A stretch of 64,000 bases of DNA from Candidatus Binatia bacterium (GTDB taxonomy: Bacteria > Desulfobacterota > Binatia > UBA9968 > CAXXLF01), in contig CAXXLF010000001.1 of the NCBI GenBank assembly GCA_963664015.2, positions 320,001 through 384,000 of the forward strand. Reading direction: 5' to 3'. A program made the translations under genes and the position numbers. Shown here one piece after another: positions 48,323 to 58,843 of this stretch (positions within the stretch are counted from its first letter, which is position 1; every line of letters starts with the position of its first letter). Below the pieces are notes generated by a model. The model did no database searches, was not told where the DNA came from, and worked only from the letters and a program-made list of their open reading frames with translations.

Positions 48323-49525
48323 CTAATCATCGAGCGACCGTTTCCATCCTCCCCCAACTATTTCCAAAGGATCAATAAAGGTACTGTATGCCAGCTGCTT
48401 GTGTCGATCAACCAAAGGCGGGTGGAATTCCCTATTGACGATCTCCTTTTCCAGCGAACAGAGGTGCCGAACGATTCTCTCGCTGGTTTTTCCATCACCG
48501 ATGCAATGTTTCCAGATTCGGGAACGCTGAACCATCTCGCTACTTGCAGAGACAATATCCTTCGCCCGGTTACCTACCAGCATGCAGCCTCCAGCTTCGA
48601 TGGTTTCCGGACGTTCGGTGCTCAATCTGGGAACCACGCAGGGCACCTGCAGAATACTAGCCTCTTCCTGGACGGTACCGCTATCTGATATGATCAGAGC
48701 TGCCTGTTGTTCCGCGTTAAGAAAATCCATAAATCCTATGGGATCCGATGTAATGATGGCCGGCGACAGAGTGACCTTAAATTCTTTCAGTCGGTTCTGC
48801 GTTCTGTAGGACATGGGAAAATACACGGGCATCCCGAGTTTTTTACTGGTTTCGTCGAGCCCCATCATAAGTTGTTGCAAGACCGCCTCATCGTCGACAT
48901 TTTCTTCCCGATGCAGGGTTGTCAAAATAAACTTCCTTGTAGATAATTGCAGCTTTTCCATAAGACGGGACTTAGCACCTGCTCGGTCCCGCCAGATCCT
49001 GAGGATATCCACAATGGGGTTCCCCACCACGAAAACCTTATTGCCGGGAATACCTTCCAATAGCAGGTTTTCCTTATAACGGTGAGTATATACAAAGATA
49101 TAGTCAGAAATATGATCGACAATCACACGGTTCTTTTCTTCAGGCATGCGCCAGTCGTAGCTGCGCATTCCGCCCTCGATTCGGGCGACTTTGACGTGAC
49201 ATTTGGCGGCTGATATCGCAGCAAGGGCTGAATTATTATCCCCCAGAAACAAACAAAGATCCGGCTTCGTATCCATTATGAGCTTTTCTGTTTCTATCAA
49301 AGCTCTCGCAACCTGCTCCGCGTGAGTTCCGCTTCCTATTCCAAAGTTAAAATCGGGCGCCCTTAACTCAAGCTCCTCGAAAAATACTCCGTCCATATTG
49401 TGGCTATAATGTTGCCCCGTATGTACGAGGATGTGTTCTACCTTTGGCGCAGCATCCAGCCCCTTGATAACCTCGCTCATGCGGATAAAATCAGGGCGTA
49501 TACCCAAAATAGTCATAACTCTCAT
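48323..49525 (-). CDS. UDP-N-acetylhexosamine 2-epimerase, non-hydrolysing (WecB/FnlC-like)
   Basis: GIRPDFIR, HTGQHY, MPEEKNR, TLHREENVD, SDSGTVQEE and TERPE motifs. Confidence 0.9.
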   Translation of the reverse strand: MRVMTILGIRPDFIRMSEVIKGLDAAPKVEHILVHTGQHYSHNMDGVFFEELELRAPDFNFGIGSGTHAEQVARALIETEKLIMDTKPDLCLFLGDNNSALAAISAAKCHVKVARIEGGMRSYDWRMPEEKNRVIVDHISDYIFVYTHRYKENLLLEGIPGNKVFVVGNPIVDILRIWRDRAGAKSRLMEKLQLSTRKFILTTLHREENVDDEAVLQQLMMGLDETSKKLGMPVYFPMSYRTQNRLKEFKVTLSPAIITSDPIGFMDFLNAEQQAALIISDSGTVQEEASILQVPCVVPRLSTERPETIEAGGCMLVGNRAKDIVSASSEMVQRSRIWKHCIGDGKTSERIVRHLCSLEKEIVNREFHPPLVDRHKQLAYSTFIDPLEIVGGGWKRSLDD

Positions 49526-49593
49526 GGTTTTCCTCCCCCCCCACCTTACAGCACATCAAAGGAGCCTGAATAAATAGGTGTCAATTTAAATCT

Positions 49594-50526
49594 CTATGTT
49601 GCAGGATCCAGCGAGACAAAGCGGGATTCGAATGCACAAAGTTCTTTGATCATATCTTGGATGCTTTGCGGGTTAATGTATCCTGCACTCTCCCATAGCA
49701 AGCGGTTCAATGCCGGATTTTTCGTGGCCAGGGTTCGGTCGACGGAGTTTTGTGACGTTCCATAGTTGACTATTATATCCCCTCGAACATACCCACTAGC
49801 CAAATCCGCTAAGAGTTCCGCTTTCGTCACGTCATCCTCAGGCACAATGTGATGCAAAGAGGGCATTTTAAGGTTGCGTTTGATAATCCCATGACAAATC
49901 TTCGCAAATTGCAGTGTGGTTATACCATTCCATCGATGATTGGTGAATCCAGTCACCGTGGACCCCAACGGCTGTTTCAAAAACCACTCTAGAAGGGAAA
50001 CCTGGTTTTTAACCTCGGGGCCGATAATAGAGCAACGCAGATGAAACACCTGCTTTGAAGAAACCTCTCCCAAGCTTTTTGTTTTACCGTAAACATCGTC
50101 AGGATGATGAGGAGCATCTTCCGAATAACGTCCCTCCTTACCCGAGTAAACACAATCCGTCGCAATTTGGATGACCCGGCGTCCAGTTGACTCTGCTTCC
50201 CGGGCAAGTAAATACGGGAAAAGCGCATTGATCTGGATAGCACGCTGGATGTCTGGAGCACTACCGTCCTTTATAAACGGCTTGATTACCCCGATAGCAT
50301 TGACAATCCAGTCGTAGTTCTCGATCCAAGAGACGCCTTGACAAGAAAGCCCATCCTCAATATCCAGCAGATGCCACTGTACTTCTGGAAACAACCGACC
50401 GCAGTGCTCCAGATATCCCTTATTTCGAACCGTAGCCCCGATCTTTATAGCAGGATCTCTGGCAAGCCAGTCCACAACCATGGAGCCGAGCATCCCGGAG
50501 CCCCCCAAAATTAACGCCCTTATCAT
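49594..50526 (-). CDS. RmlD-like NDP-4-keto-sugar reductase
   Basis: GGSGMLG, ATDCVYSG, YGKTKSLGE and SLLEWF motifs. Confidence 0.85.
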   Translation of the reverse strand: MIRALILGGSGMLGSMVVDWLARDPAIKIGATVRNKGYLEHCGRLFPEVQWHLLDIEDGLSCQGVSWIENYDWIVNAIGVIKPFIKDGSAPDIQRAIQINALFPYLLAREAESTGRRVIQIATDCVYSGKEGRYSEDAPHHPDDVYGKTKSLGEVSSKQVFHLRCSIIGPEVKNQVSLLEWFLKQPLGSTVTGFTNHRWNGITTLQFAKICHGIIKRNLKMPSLHHIVPEDDVTKAELLADLASGYVRGDIIVNYGTSQNSVDRTLATKNPALNRLLWESAGYINPQSIQDMIKELCAFESRFVSLDPAT

Positions 50527-50555
50527 AGGAGTCGTCTCAACGACAAATCAGAACC

Positions 50556-51002
50556 TTATCGCTCCGTGATCCGCCATGGGTCCCAGTATCTAGAATCGAA
50601 ACGGGTATCATCCTTCAGGCTTTCTTCCAGCGTAGCCGTTGAAAAATACACTATCTTGGCATCCTCTGTGAGAGTCATGGACCCGTTGGCGTAACCTTTG
50701 GGAATATTCAACACAGTGGGTTTAGCCGCGGATAAGGCAAACCGGTGCACTTCTAGGTTTTTCGACGGCTGATCCCAGTGATCTATCTCCACAGCACAGA
50801 TAAGGGCAGCTCCAGATACGACGGTAACGTATTTCTCCTCCTTTTGATGGCCATGCCAAGCACGAATAAAGCCGGCACGGTGGTTGGAGACGATATAGAA
50901 GCGCCTGATATTCTCAAAACTAAACTCATTTACAAAGCGGACTTCCCCACGATCATCGGCGGCGATCTCTCCGTGGATTAGCGTAGGAACAATTGTAGCC
51001 AT
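50556..51002 (-). CDS. RmlC-like cupin sugar 3,5-epimerase
   Basis: DDRG, RAWHGH and IPKGYANG motifs. Start MATIVP is inferred. Confidence 0.8.
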   Translation of the reverse strand: MATIVPTLIHGEIAADDRGEVRFVNEFSFENIRRFYIVSNHRAGFIRAWHGHQKEEKYVTVVSGAALICAVEIDHWDQPSKNLEVHRFALSAAKPTVLNIPKGYANGSMTLTEDAKIVYFSTATLEESLKDDTRFDSRYWDPWRITER

Positions 51003-51021
51003 TTCTACCCTCGTTAATCTA

Positions 51022-51969
51022 TCAATGGGGTGAAAGATGGGTTCCGAACCTTGCCAGGTAGCCGTCATTGGTGTAGCGTACGTTGTTAACGTCTTTAATT
51101 CGCCTCACTTCCAAGAGATCTTTAATCTCTTCGATTCCCTCGTCAATGGAACGACTCGGGTTGAAACCCAGTTGACAACGGGCCTTTTGATTAGACACCC
51201 GGTAATTCCTTGCATCCTGGAACGTCATCTCCGTTCGCTCGATCTGCAAGTCTGGGAAATGATTACGGATCTGATAGGCTAAATCGATAATACGTACGTT
51301 CTGGCGATGGAGATTAAAAATCCCGCATTGGCTGGTTTCTAGGTTATCCAAAATGGCCTGTGCCGCATCCCTCACGTGCAAGAGAGGTCGGAATTGATTC
51401 CCGCCGAATACGGTTATCCGTCCTAGCGTACATGCTTTGACGACCAGGGTATTCAGGGCTAGATCAAGCCGGATACGCGAATAAAGATCCCCTACCCCAA
51501 AGAGGGTCCCCAAGCGGAAGATAAGAGAGTTTTTATTACACAGGTATCCCTCTGCCGCCAATTTGGTGGCTGCATAAACGGACAGCGGCTTGGCAGGCGA
51601 GGTCTCATTAAGTTCGGTATCCTGAGCACCATAAACGGAACATGTAGACGGAAACAGGATTCTCCCGTCAAAATGGTCGGCGAGCCACGCTACCGTGTGC
51701 TGATTGATCTCCGTGGCCACATCGGAATTTAAGGCGCAGGCAGCGTCACCCACAAGGGCAGCGAGCCAGACGACCCCATCAGCCCAATTCAGGTTCGCCG
51801 CAAGAGCATCGCGGTCCCGCACGTCCCCATAAACGAAGCTTACCGGCTTGCGATATTCTTCTTCATACAGTAGGGCGTCATAGACCCGCACATTGTGCTT
51901 CCCATGCCGCAACAAGTCGGTGAGAGCCCCGCCGATATAACCAGCGCCGCCAACAATTAAGACTTTCAT
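51022..51969 (-). CDS. NAD-dependent epimerase/dehydratase (extended SDR)
   Basis: GGAGYIG, STCSVYG, YAATK and RPLLHVRD motifs. Confidence 0.85.
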   Translation of the reverse strand: MKVLIVGGAGYIGGALTDLLRHGKHNVRVYDALLYEEEYRKPVSFVYGDVRDRDALAANLNWADGVVWLAALVGDAACALNSDVATEINQHTVAWLADHFDGRILFPSTCSVYGAQDTELNETSPAKPLSVYAATKLAAEGYLCNKNSLIFRLGTLFGVGDLYSRIRLDLALNTLVVKACTLGRITVFGGNQFRPLLHVRDAAQAILDNLETSQCGIFNLHRQNVRIIDLAYQIRNHFPDLQIERTEMTFQDARNYRVSNQKARCQLGFNPSRSIDEGIEEIKDLLEVRRIKDVNNVRYTNDGYLARFGTHLSPH

Positions 51970-52142
51970 CTGAACTCCTTTTTCAGGACCTGATTCCATG
52001 TGCTGATAAATTGCATTAATCCAACCAGAAACTGACGGTCAATACCGTTCCCTGATAAAAGTTTTCGCCTCCCAGCGGACCCGTCTTTCTCTCTAGTATG
52101 AACCCATGAACCTTGTGGGCATGTTATAGCGATTTTTTTCAC

Positions 52143-53312
52143 TCACTGAATACCCCTGGCTCGCAAAAGCTCGCGGTAAAGCTTCTCATGAAATTGAGCA
52201 TTCACACGCGCGTTGAAGCGTTCTTCCACTGCTTGCCGCCCCCTTTCCCCAAACGATTGGCGTAACCGAGGAGACTCAAGCAAGCAGCAGATCGCCTTGG
52301 CAAGCTCTTCGGAATTCCTCGGTGGGACAACCCAACCGGACTCTCCATGGCGAACCGCCTCGCGGCTTCCCCCAATATCCGTAACGATAACGGCCTTTCC
52401 TAACCCCATCGCTTCGAGAACCGATCGTGGGAACCCTTCCGACAATGATGGGAGCACGTAAATATCCATGGTATCCAGCAAAGCTATGGCATCATTTCGA
52501 TATCCCAGCAGATGGACATTCTCTCCAATGCCAAGATCCCGGATTTGATTCTCAATTGCATGCCGTTCCGACCCATCCCCGGCCAGCAGAAAGTGTACTT
52601 GCCGATGCCGGGAGAGAACCGTTTTCGCCGCAGCTACCAAATAAGAAAGACCTTTCCAAGGTCTCAAGACCGAGAGCGTTCCTACAAGTGGGACTCCACG
52701 CGGGAGGTTCAGTTCTCCCCGTATTAATGTTGCGTGCGACCGGAGGCGGGCCAACCGTTCCAGGTCCACGCCGTTGGGTATCACTCGAATCTTAGCCGGG
52801 GATATTTTCTGAACCTTTATGAGATGCTCCCTAACTCCCTCGGACACGGCAATAAGCGAATCTGCGAGAGTTGTTGCGACTTTGCTACCCATTATTGCTA
52901 GTTGCGCTACCAAATGGGACTGGCCTGCCCGAAACAAATCCCACTCATTGCCTCGGATACTTGTGACAACGATGGGAACCTTGGCTAACTTTGCAGCCAA
53001 ACCAGCCCACAGGTCCGCTCTAAAGGCATGAGTATGAATGATATCCGCACGCGCTGCCAGCATGTACCGAGTCAACCTGGGAAGAACGCGCATATCAACG
53101 AAGCCGGTCATTCCCATGGAGATATGTCGGATCCCTGAACTATTCAGGTCGGCTACTGTAGTAGAATACGATTTAGCCAGACCCCTTAGGCTCACGGCCG
53201 TGACATGAAATTCATTTGAATTTAGATACCTAGCGAGGGCGGCAGCCCCTTGCGCGGGAGCACTGTCGTTGAAAGCAGAATTGACCTGGATAACCCGGAT
53301 ACGTCGAATCAT
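52143..53312 (-). CDS. GT4 glycosyltransferase
   Basis: IPNGVD, KG and PSLSEGFPRSVLEAM motifs. Confidence 0.9.
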   Translation of the reverse strand: MIRRIRVIQVNSAFNDSAPAQGAAALARYLNSNEFHVTAVSLRGLAKSYSTTVADLNSSGIRHISMGMTGFVDMRVLPRLTRYMLAARADIIHTHAFRADLWAGLAAKLAKVPIVVTSIRGNEWDLFRAGQSHLVAQLAIMGSKVATTLADSLIAVSEGVREHLIKVQKISPAKIRVIPNGVDLERLARLRSHATLIRGELNLPRGVPLVGTLSVLRPWKGLSYLVAAAKTVLSRHRQVHFLLAGDGSERHAIENQIRDLGIGENVHLLGYRNDAIALLDTMDIYVLPSLSEGFPRSVLEAMGLGKAVIVTDIGGSREAVRHGESGWVVPPRNSEELAKAICCLLESPRLRQSFGERGRQAVEERFNARVNAQFHEKLYRELLRARGIQ

Positions 53313-55327
53313 GGAGACGTTGTCTCCATGGGCTCCCTAAACACCGAAGGCAACGTTGCCGGCGAGTCGAGAAACCGCTGATGCCAAAGCTCCAGATTCA
53401 CGAGCGCCCAGAGCTTGTATCCGTGGTCCGTTACCCCCCCCATATGGGCTTGGAGCAGATCCTCCACACTCTTTCGGCGGAAGTACCCACGCCCGATACT
53501 GGAAGCTGATAGCAACACATCCTCCGCCATCTCTCGAAGCTCTCCACGCAACCAGTGGCTGACCGGAACGGCAAACCCCTGCTTCGAGCGATGGACTATC
53601 CCTGGCGGGAGAAGCTCTTTAACAGCCTTTTTTAATATATATTTGGTAGTCAAGCCATGGACTTTGAGACCTGACGGCATCTCGGCAACTCGTTCAATAA
53701 GTGTATGGTCCAAAAACGGGGACCGGGCTTCAAGGCCGTGCGCCATGGTGGCCCGATCAACCTTCACCATGAGATCGTCGGGAAGGTAAACCTCCAGATC
53801 CCACAGCTGGAGCCGTCTAATCCAGTCAACCCCCGCATGTTCCTCGAACGATTTGACTCGGCGCTCGAGGGAATCCGCACCATTGAATGAGGCCTGCATT
53901 TCAGGACTGTAGAGCGCTGCCTTAACGGCATTGGGGAAAATCATCCTCCACTCCCTCCGTTCGGGGAGCATAGCAGCTTTTTCTACAAATCGTTTTGCCC
54001 TTCGCAGCACCGCATTTCGCGAGCTGGACTCGGGCATGGGAGAGAGAATAGCTTCGATAGCGCGCCTGACCAGACGCGGGATTTTACCATAAAATTCCAC
54101 GTATTGCTCCGCAAGATAGGATTCATACCCGGCAAAGGATTCGTCGCCACCATCTCCAGTGAGGACCACCTTGACATGTTCCCGCGCGAGTTGGGCTAAC
54201 AGATACGTCGGAAGAATCGAGGCATCGGCAAACGGCTCATCCAAGTGCCATACCAGATCAGGAAGGAGATCCGCCGCTTGAGGCTCGACGATGTACTCGT
54301 GATGGTCCGTCTTGAAATGGCGTGCCACCATACGCGCGTACTTGAGCTCGTTAAAGGAGTTCTCACGAAAGCCGATAGAAAATGTCTTAACGCGATCACC
54401 CATCTGCCTGGCCATAAAGGCCACTATGGCGCTGGAATCAATGCCGCCGCTCAGGAAGGCTCCGACAGGGACATCGCTGACCAAACGCGCCTTCACGCAT
54501 TCCTCTAAGCAATCACGGGTATCATCGCACCATGCCTTTTCCGACAAACGGGAGTCTCCCGTGCGGCTAAACCAACTCGAAGGATCCCAATAGCTCTCCT
54601 TCCTAAGCTCTCCATGTTCCCAAATGACAAGATGACCGGGCGGAACTTTATGAACGTTTTGAAAGATGGACTGCTCACCAGGGACGTAGCCAAAGGTAAG
54701 ATAATCATGAATTGCCGCTGGGTTTATTTGCCGTTCAAAGCCTGGCACCGCCAACAAGGCCTTTAGCTCCGAAGTAAACATAAAGGAATGATTACCCTGA
54801 TAGTAAAACAACGGCTTTTTGCCGATCCGATCTCTACCCAGAACAAGCCGCTCCAAGGCTGGATCCCAGATGGCGAAGGCGAACATTCCCCGAAGCTTTT
54901 CAACGCACTTTAAACCCCATATCCGATAGGCATGTAGAAGGACTTCGCTATCCGTTTTGCTGCGAAACTTAACACCGTGAGAAAGGAGTTCCTCCCTGAG
55001 CTCGCGATAGTTATAGATTTCACCGTTATAAGTCAGCCATGTCCCCGTTTGTTGATCCCGCATCGGTTGGCGGCCCGCGCTGCTGAGGTCTATGATGCTG
55101 AGACGCCTATGCCCCAACATTAGCGAACAACTTTGTGGTACCGGAAGGATGGTGATTCTTTGATCCGGCGCTACTGTAGATTGATTACCCCAAGTTTTGT
55201 TCGGCAACAGCAGAACTACTCCCCAATCGTCCGGCCCGCGATGCCGCAGCGTCCCGGTAGCTGCGACAAGCTCGTTTACGTTAGACCTCTGCTGACCTGT
55301 TTCTATAATCCCGAATATTCCGCACAT
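53309..55327 (-). CDS. asnB: Asparagine synthase (glutamine-hydrolysing) family amidotransferase
   Basis: MCGIFG, HRGPD, RRLSIID, NGEIYNY, FLSGGIDSS and TGDGGDE motifs. Confidence 0.92.
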   Translation of the reverse strand: MCGIFGIIETGQQRSNVNELVAATGTLRHRGPDDWGVVLLLPNKTWGNQSTVAPDQRITILPVPQSCSLMLGHRRLSIIDLSSAGRQPMRDQQTGTWLTYNGEIYNYRELREELLSHGVKFRSKTDSEVLLHAYRIWGLKCVEKLRGMFAFAIWDPALERLVLGRDRIGKKPLFYYQGNHSFMFTSELKALLAVPGFERQINPAAIHDYLTFGYVPGEQSIFQNVHKVPPGHLVIWEHGELRKESYWDPSSWFSRTGDSRLSEKAWCDDTRDCLEECVKARLVSDVPVGAFLSGGIDSSAIVAFMARQMGDRVKTFSIGFRENSFNELKYARMVARHFKTDHHEYIVEPQAADLLPDLVWHLDEPFADASILPTYLLAQLAREHVKVVLTGDGGDESFAGYESYLAEQYVEFYGKIPRLVRRAIEAILSPMPESSSRNAVLRRAKRFVEKAAMLPERREWRMIFPNAVKAALYSPEMQASFNGADSLERRVKSFEEHAGVDWIRRLQLWDLEVYLPDDLMVKVDRATMAHGLEARSPFLDHTLIERVAEMPSGLKVHGLTTKYILKKAVKELLPPGIVHRSKQGFAVPVSHWLRGELREMAEDVLLSASSIGRGYFRRKSVEDLLQAHMGGVTDHGYKLWALVNLELWHQRFLDSPATLPSVFREPMETTSP

Positions 55328-55337
55328 ATATTTTGAG

Positions 55338-56399
55338 CTAACGTTGGCCGCGCACCCCTATTTGGTTCGCCAAAAGCACAATTCGCTTTAATCCGCCCTC
55401 ATGAAACCATCCTCTCACCTCATCGTATGTATGGCGAGACTGGTATCGCGCGGAAAGGTTATCGAACGTGTCCAAGACCCTCCACTGCGGGTCTTTGTGC
55501 ATAGAGATCTTGAAGATCAATCGAAGTGGCGTCAACGGTCGAAGTTTTAACACATGGTACAGCGGGATCGCGACGTGACATAAAGCATAAAGTACTTTTA
55601 CCGGCAATTGCCTTGCAACAACTCTTAGCAAGCTATTCCAGAGATTATTAAAGCGATCCACCCAGATTGCCACAAATGAGACCATCGGCAGCCAGCGCCG
55701 AGAAGTGGAAAAGGGCGCTTGTAACACGTAAGGGATTTCACCGGCGGGGGCGAGAAACCTCTCCGGGCTATAATTGTATAGTGTGTGGAGCTTATACTTG
55801 GGATACACCCATACGGCAAGGGTGCCCCCTTCTTTTAAAAATGGGATTAGACCCATTACCGCTTCTCTACAATCCGGAGTGTGATGCAGAACGCCCATGC
55901 TGAAGATATAGTCGAAGCTATTCTTTCGGAAAGGGACATGGAAGAGATCCGCTTGGGCCAGGTGTACGTTAGGCCGCATGCCCAGGTTTTCCTGCGCGGC
56001 TTCAATTGAATAGCTCAGGTCGATTCCGACAACTTCAGCATCATACCGGCTGGCGACGTCCGAGTATCGTCCCATACCGCAGCCCACATCCAGAACCACT
56101 TTCCCCCTCAACTGTTCTCTCGTAAGCCCCGTTGACAGCAAAAATGTCTCTTCACTCTCCTTGCGATCCCCAGAATCAAGCTGGGTACGACGGTGCCGGT
56201 CCCATTGAAAACTAAAGTTATTAACGTACCCGTCGGAAGGAACTAACCGTGGCACGAATCCACGGATATCATAGCTTTGTCCGCATTGACACGAGAGCTT
56301 CCCTTCACGAATCTCTTCGGCTACATACCGTTGCTCGACGAGATTTAACTCGCCGCCACATTGCGAACAAACCACAAGCTTCAAGAAGGACATTCTCAT
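55338..56399 (-). CDS. SAM-dependent methyltransferase with an N-terminal Trm112-like zinc domain
   Basis: CSQC...CQC...Y.I...VPR, LDVGCGMGR and GVLHHTP motifs. Confidence 0.8.
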   Translation of the reverse strand: MRMSFLKLVVCSQCGGELNLVEQRYVAEEIREGKLSCQCGQSYDIRGFVPRLVPSDGYVNNFSFQWDRHRRTQLDSGDRKESEETFLLSTGLTREQLRGKVVLDVGCGMGRYSDVASRYDAEVVGIDLSYSIEAAQENLGMRPNVHLAQADLFHVPFRKNSFDYIFSMGVLHHTPDCREAVMGLIPFLKEGGTLAVWVYPKYKLHTLYNYSPERFLAPAGEIPYVLQAPFSTSRRWLPMVSFVAIWVDRFNNLWNSLLRVVARQLPVKVLYALCHVAIPLYHVLKLRPLTPLRLIFKISMHKDPQWRVLDTFDNLSARYQSRHTYDEVRGWFHEGGLKRIVLLANQIGVRGQR

Positions 56400-57109
56400 A
56401 TATCCTCCTTTACCAAAGTGGCAACGATATTGACTCGTCCGAAACTAAATACTGGGAAACTATTCACGACACGCTCGTAGACAACCCCAACCCGGTAAAG
56501 TATCCGCGAAAACTCCAGATAATTTGGGCTTGTCTCCAGCATCTCCATGGTTTCTACCCGGAACCCTGATTGCGCTGCTAGTCGCTTTAAGCGCCAACCC
56601 GTATTCGCGCGATAGAATGTCTTGAAGGTATCCTCCTCCGCGATTCCATAAGCCTCCTTGAACCAACGATGGACTCGCCAGGAAGCTAGGCGCGAAACGA
56701 GCGTAACGTAGTGCCAGAGATTCGGTGTCAACAGGACGATTTCCCCCTTCACCCGAAGGACCCGGTAGAACTCGCTAAAGATGTTATTGGGTCGCTCCAC
56801 ATGTTCGAGGACGTACCGGCATAATATCAGATCTACAGAATTGTCCTTCAGTGGGAGCATTTCCAGCGTTCCCCGAGCAGCGTGATCGATACTCCGATTC
56901 TTTGCGATTTCATTATCCATGTCGATTCCCAAGATGACTCGGTTGCCCATTCTGAGATCATGAGACGCGGCTCTCCCACTGCCGCATCCGGCATCAAGCA
57001 CCACCGAGGAATGACACAGGCATTTGTCCACATGAGATTGAAACAACTGATCTTCACCTCTATAATTCGGATAGAAGTTTTCGAATAGATCTTTTATTCG
57101 CTTATGCAT
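56396..57109 (-). CDS. Class I SAM-dependent methyltransferase
   Basis: VLDAGCGSG, VLEHV, RVLR..G and TPN motifs. Confidence 0.85.
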   Translation of the reverse strand: MHKRIKDLFENFYPNYRGEDQLFQSHVDKCLCHSSVVLDAGCGSGRAASHDLRMGNRVILGIDMDNEIAKNRSIDHAARGTLEMLPLKDNSVDLILCRYVLEHVERPNNIFSEFYRVLRVKGEIVLLTPNLWHYVTLVSRLASWRVHRWFKEAYGIAEEDTFKTFYRANTGWRLKRLAAQSGFRVETMEMLETSPNYLEFSRILYRVGVVYERVVNSFPVFSFGRVNIVATLVKEDI

Positions 57110-57181
57110 TCTGGTCGCCCGACTGCAAGCTTATTTTGCGGTATCCAAGACCGACAAGGCGCTATATCTGAGCCGTTGCGC

Positions 57182-58834
57182 TTATTTCGTTGCCAGGTAA
57201 ATACGGACACTGGTATCACCCCTTTCCGGGGTAAACACCTCCACGGTTCCAACGACTTTGAGAGTGATTCCTTCCCAGCCCAGAAGTCTTCTTACCGATT
57301 CCATGGCAGCCGGGTTTAACGCGATATATCGATCTTCAACTAGATATACCGGTCTTCTTGAAACCCGGTTGGACCAGTCCGACGGGCTCAATCCAGCAAG
57401 AATGGCAACATCTCGTTGCCCGTAATAAAAATAATGCTGAGCCCGAGATGGAGTAACGATGAGGGCGGTTGCCGGAGTGTTCTCCCGTACCCATTGGACA
57501 ATTGCATTAGTGTGATCCGGGTAGTGATGGTAAGGATATTTGATATATATAGGTGAGTAGTAGGTCAAATATGCGAATCGCGGCCACCAGGCAAAAAGTA
57601 TTGCAGGAGGATAAATCAGCAATAGATGCCAGACGACCACCAGGGAGATGACGATGATGGCGAGTCCTACCCGCATGGCCTCCCAACCGGAATATAATGC
57701 ATAGGCCGAAACGATGGCCGTAAAAGGAACAAGGGGCAGGACATAGCGCGGCCCGGCACCGCTCGATGATACGGGGAAGGCTCCGTTGACCAATAGCAAG
57801 GGTAATACGATCAACCCTCCCATCGCGAGAAAGGGAGAAATCGTATGCCACCGCCGGCGGAGCATGGTCAAGGCGCCAAACAACGGAAAATGATATACCA
57901 CAATTATGATCGCCATCACCGCAATGCCGGGTAATCCGAAGAATCTATCCGAGCCATTGAGAAGGTAATCCAAACTCAATCGGATACCCGTTTGATAATG
58001 GGTAGAGACCAAAGGCTGACCAAAGTTAACCATATTGAAATACAAACTCGGAGCCAACCCGGCCAGCAACGCCACTCCCCCAACCAATATGCATTTACCA
58101 CGCGCGGCCCAATTTGACTTTCCAGCATGATCGGCATTCCGTTCGCTCCAGTAGAGCAAGTAACCCCATACCGGAGCGAACATAATCGCCGTATCACGAA
58201 CCGCGAGCATAAAGCCAAACAGGAAGAAAGCGAGTCCGAATCGCCATTGACGGCCTCTACTTGCCTGAACCACCCGTAGCGAAACGAGGCCGCCCGGTCC
58301 ATTGTAAACAGCCAAGGCGCTGATCAAATAGTACAGCGAAGCTACAAAAAGGGCAGCCGAAAGGTTATTTGTAAAGATTTGCCCGCTGATCCCGATCGCC
58401 AGCGGATGGATGGCGGCAAACGTTCCGGCGAGAATGGCCAGCCCCTCGGATCTAAATACCGCAAAGGCAATGGCCGCCGTCAGCGGTGCGATGAGACTTG
58501 AAACCGTGACCGTGAATATCCTCGCCACCCCCTCGTTGGCGCCAAAAATTCCAAATATTCCAGCAAGCGTGAGAGGGAATCCCACGGGCCACGATGGAAG
58601 ATTATACTCCAATACGGCATGCGCCGCTCCCACCCCTGGCATACGGTAGACACCGGTCGCCAACAGGTACTTCGCCGCCTCGACCAAGGTGAAAGAGTCC
58701 TCAGCAAGGTTGTGGCCCGGCATACAAAGCCACCGTAAAGCCAACGCAATCCCGAATAAAAGGATAACATACCGCAATTTCAGCTGGCTGGGCACAGCAC
58801 GCGAGCATTCCACAGTTTTCGCCGAGAGAGTCAA
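57182..58834 (-). CDS. Multi-TM GT-C-fold glycosyltransferase-like protein
   Basis: ED after TM1, WPVGFP, A.HP and RYVLP motifs, with roughly 12 hydrophobic segments. Confidence 0.6.
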   Translation of the reverse strand: MTLSAKTVECSRAVPSQLKLRYVILLFGIALALRWLCMPGHNLAEDSFTLVEAAKYLLATGVYRMPGVGAAHAVLEYNLPSWPVGFPLTLAGIFGIFGANEGVARIFTVTVSSLIAPLTAAIAFAVFRSEGLAILAGTFAAIHPLAIGISGQIFTNNLSAALFVASLYYLISALAVYNGPGGLVSLRVVQASRGRQWRFGLAFFLFGFMLAVRDTAIMFAPVWGYLLYWSERNADHAGKSNWAARGKCILVGGVALLAGLAPSLYFNMVNFGQPLVSTHYQTGIRLSLDYLLNGSDRFFGLPGIAVMAIIIVVYHFPLFGALTMLRRRWHTISPFLAMGGLIVLPLLLVNGAFPVSSSGAGPRYVLPLVPFTAIVSAYALYSGWEAMRVGLAIIVISLVVVWHLLLIYPPAILFAWWPRFAYLTYYSPIYIKYPYHHYPDHTNAIVQWVRENTPATALIVTPSRAQHYFYYGQRDVAILAGLSPSDWSNRVSRRPVYLVEDRYIALNPAAMESVRRLLGWEGITLKVVGTVEVFTPERGDTSVRIYLATK

Positions 58835-58843
58835 CAGCCAGCC

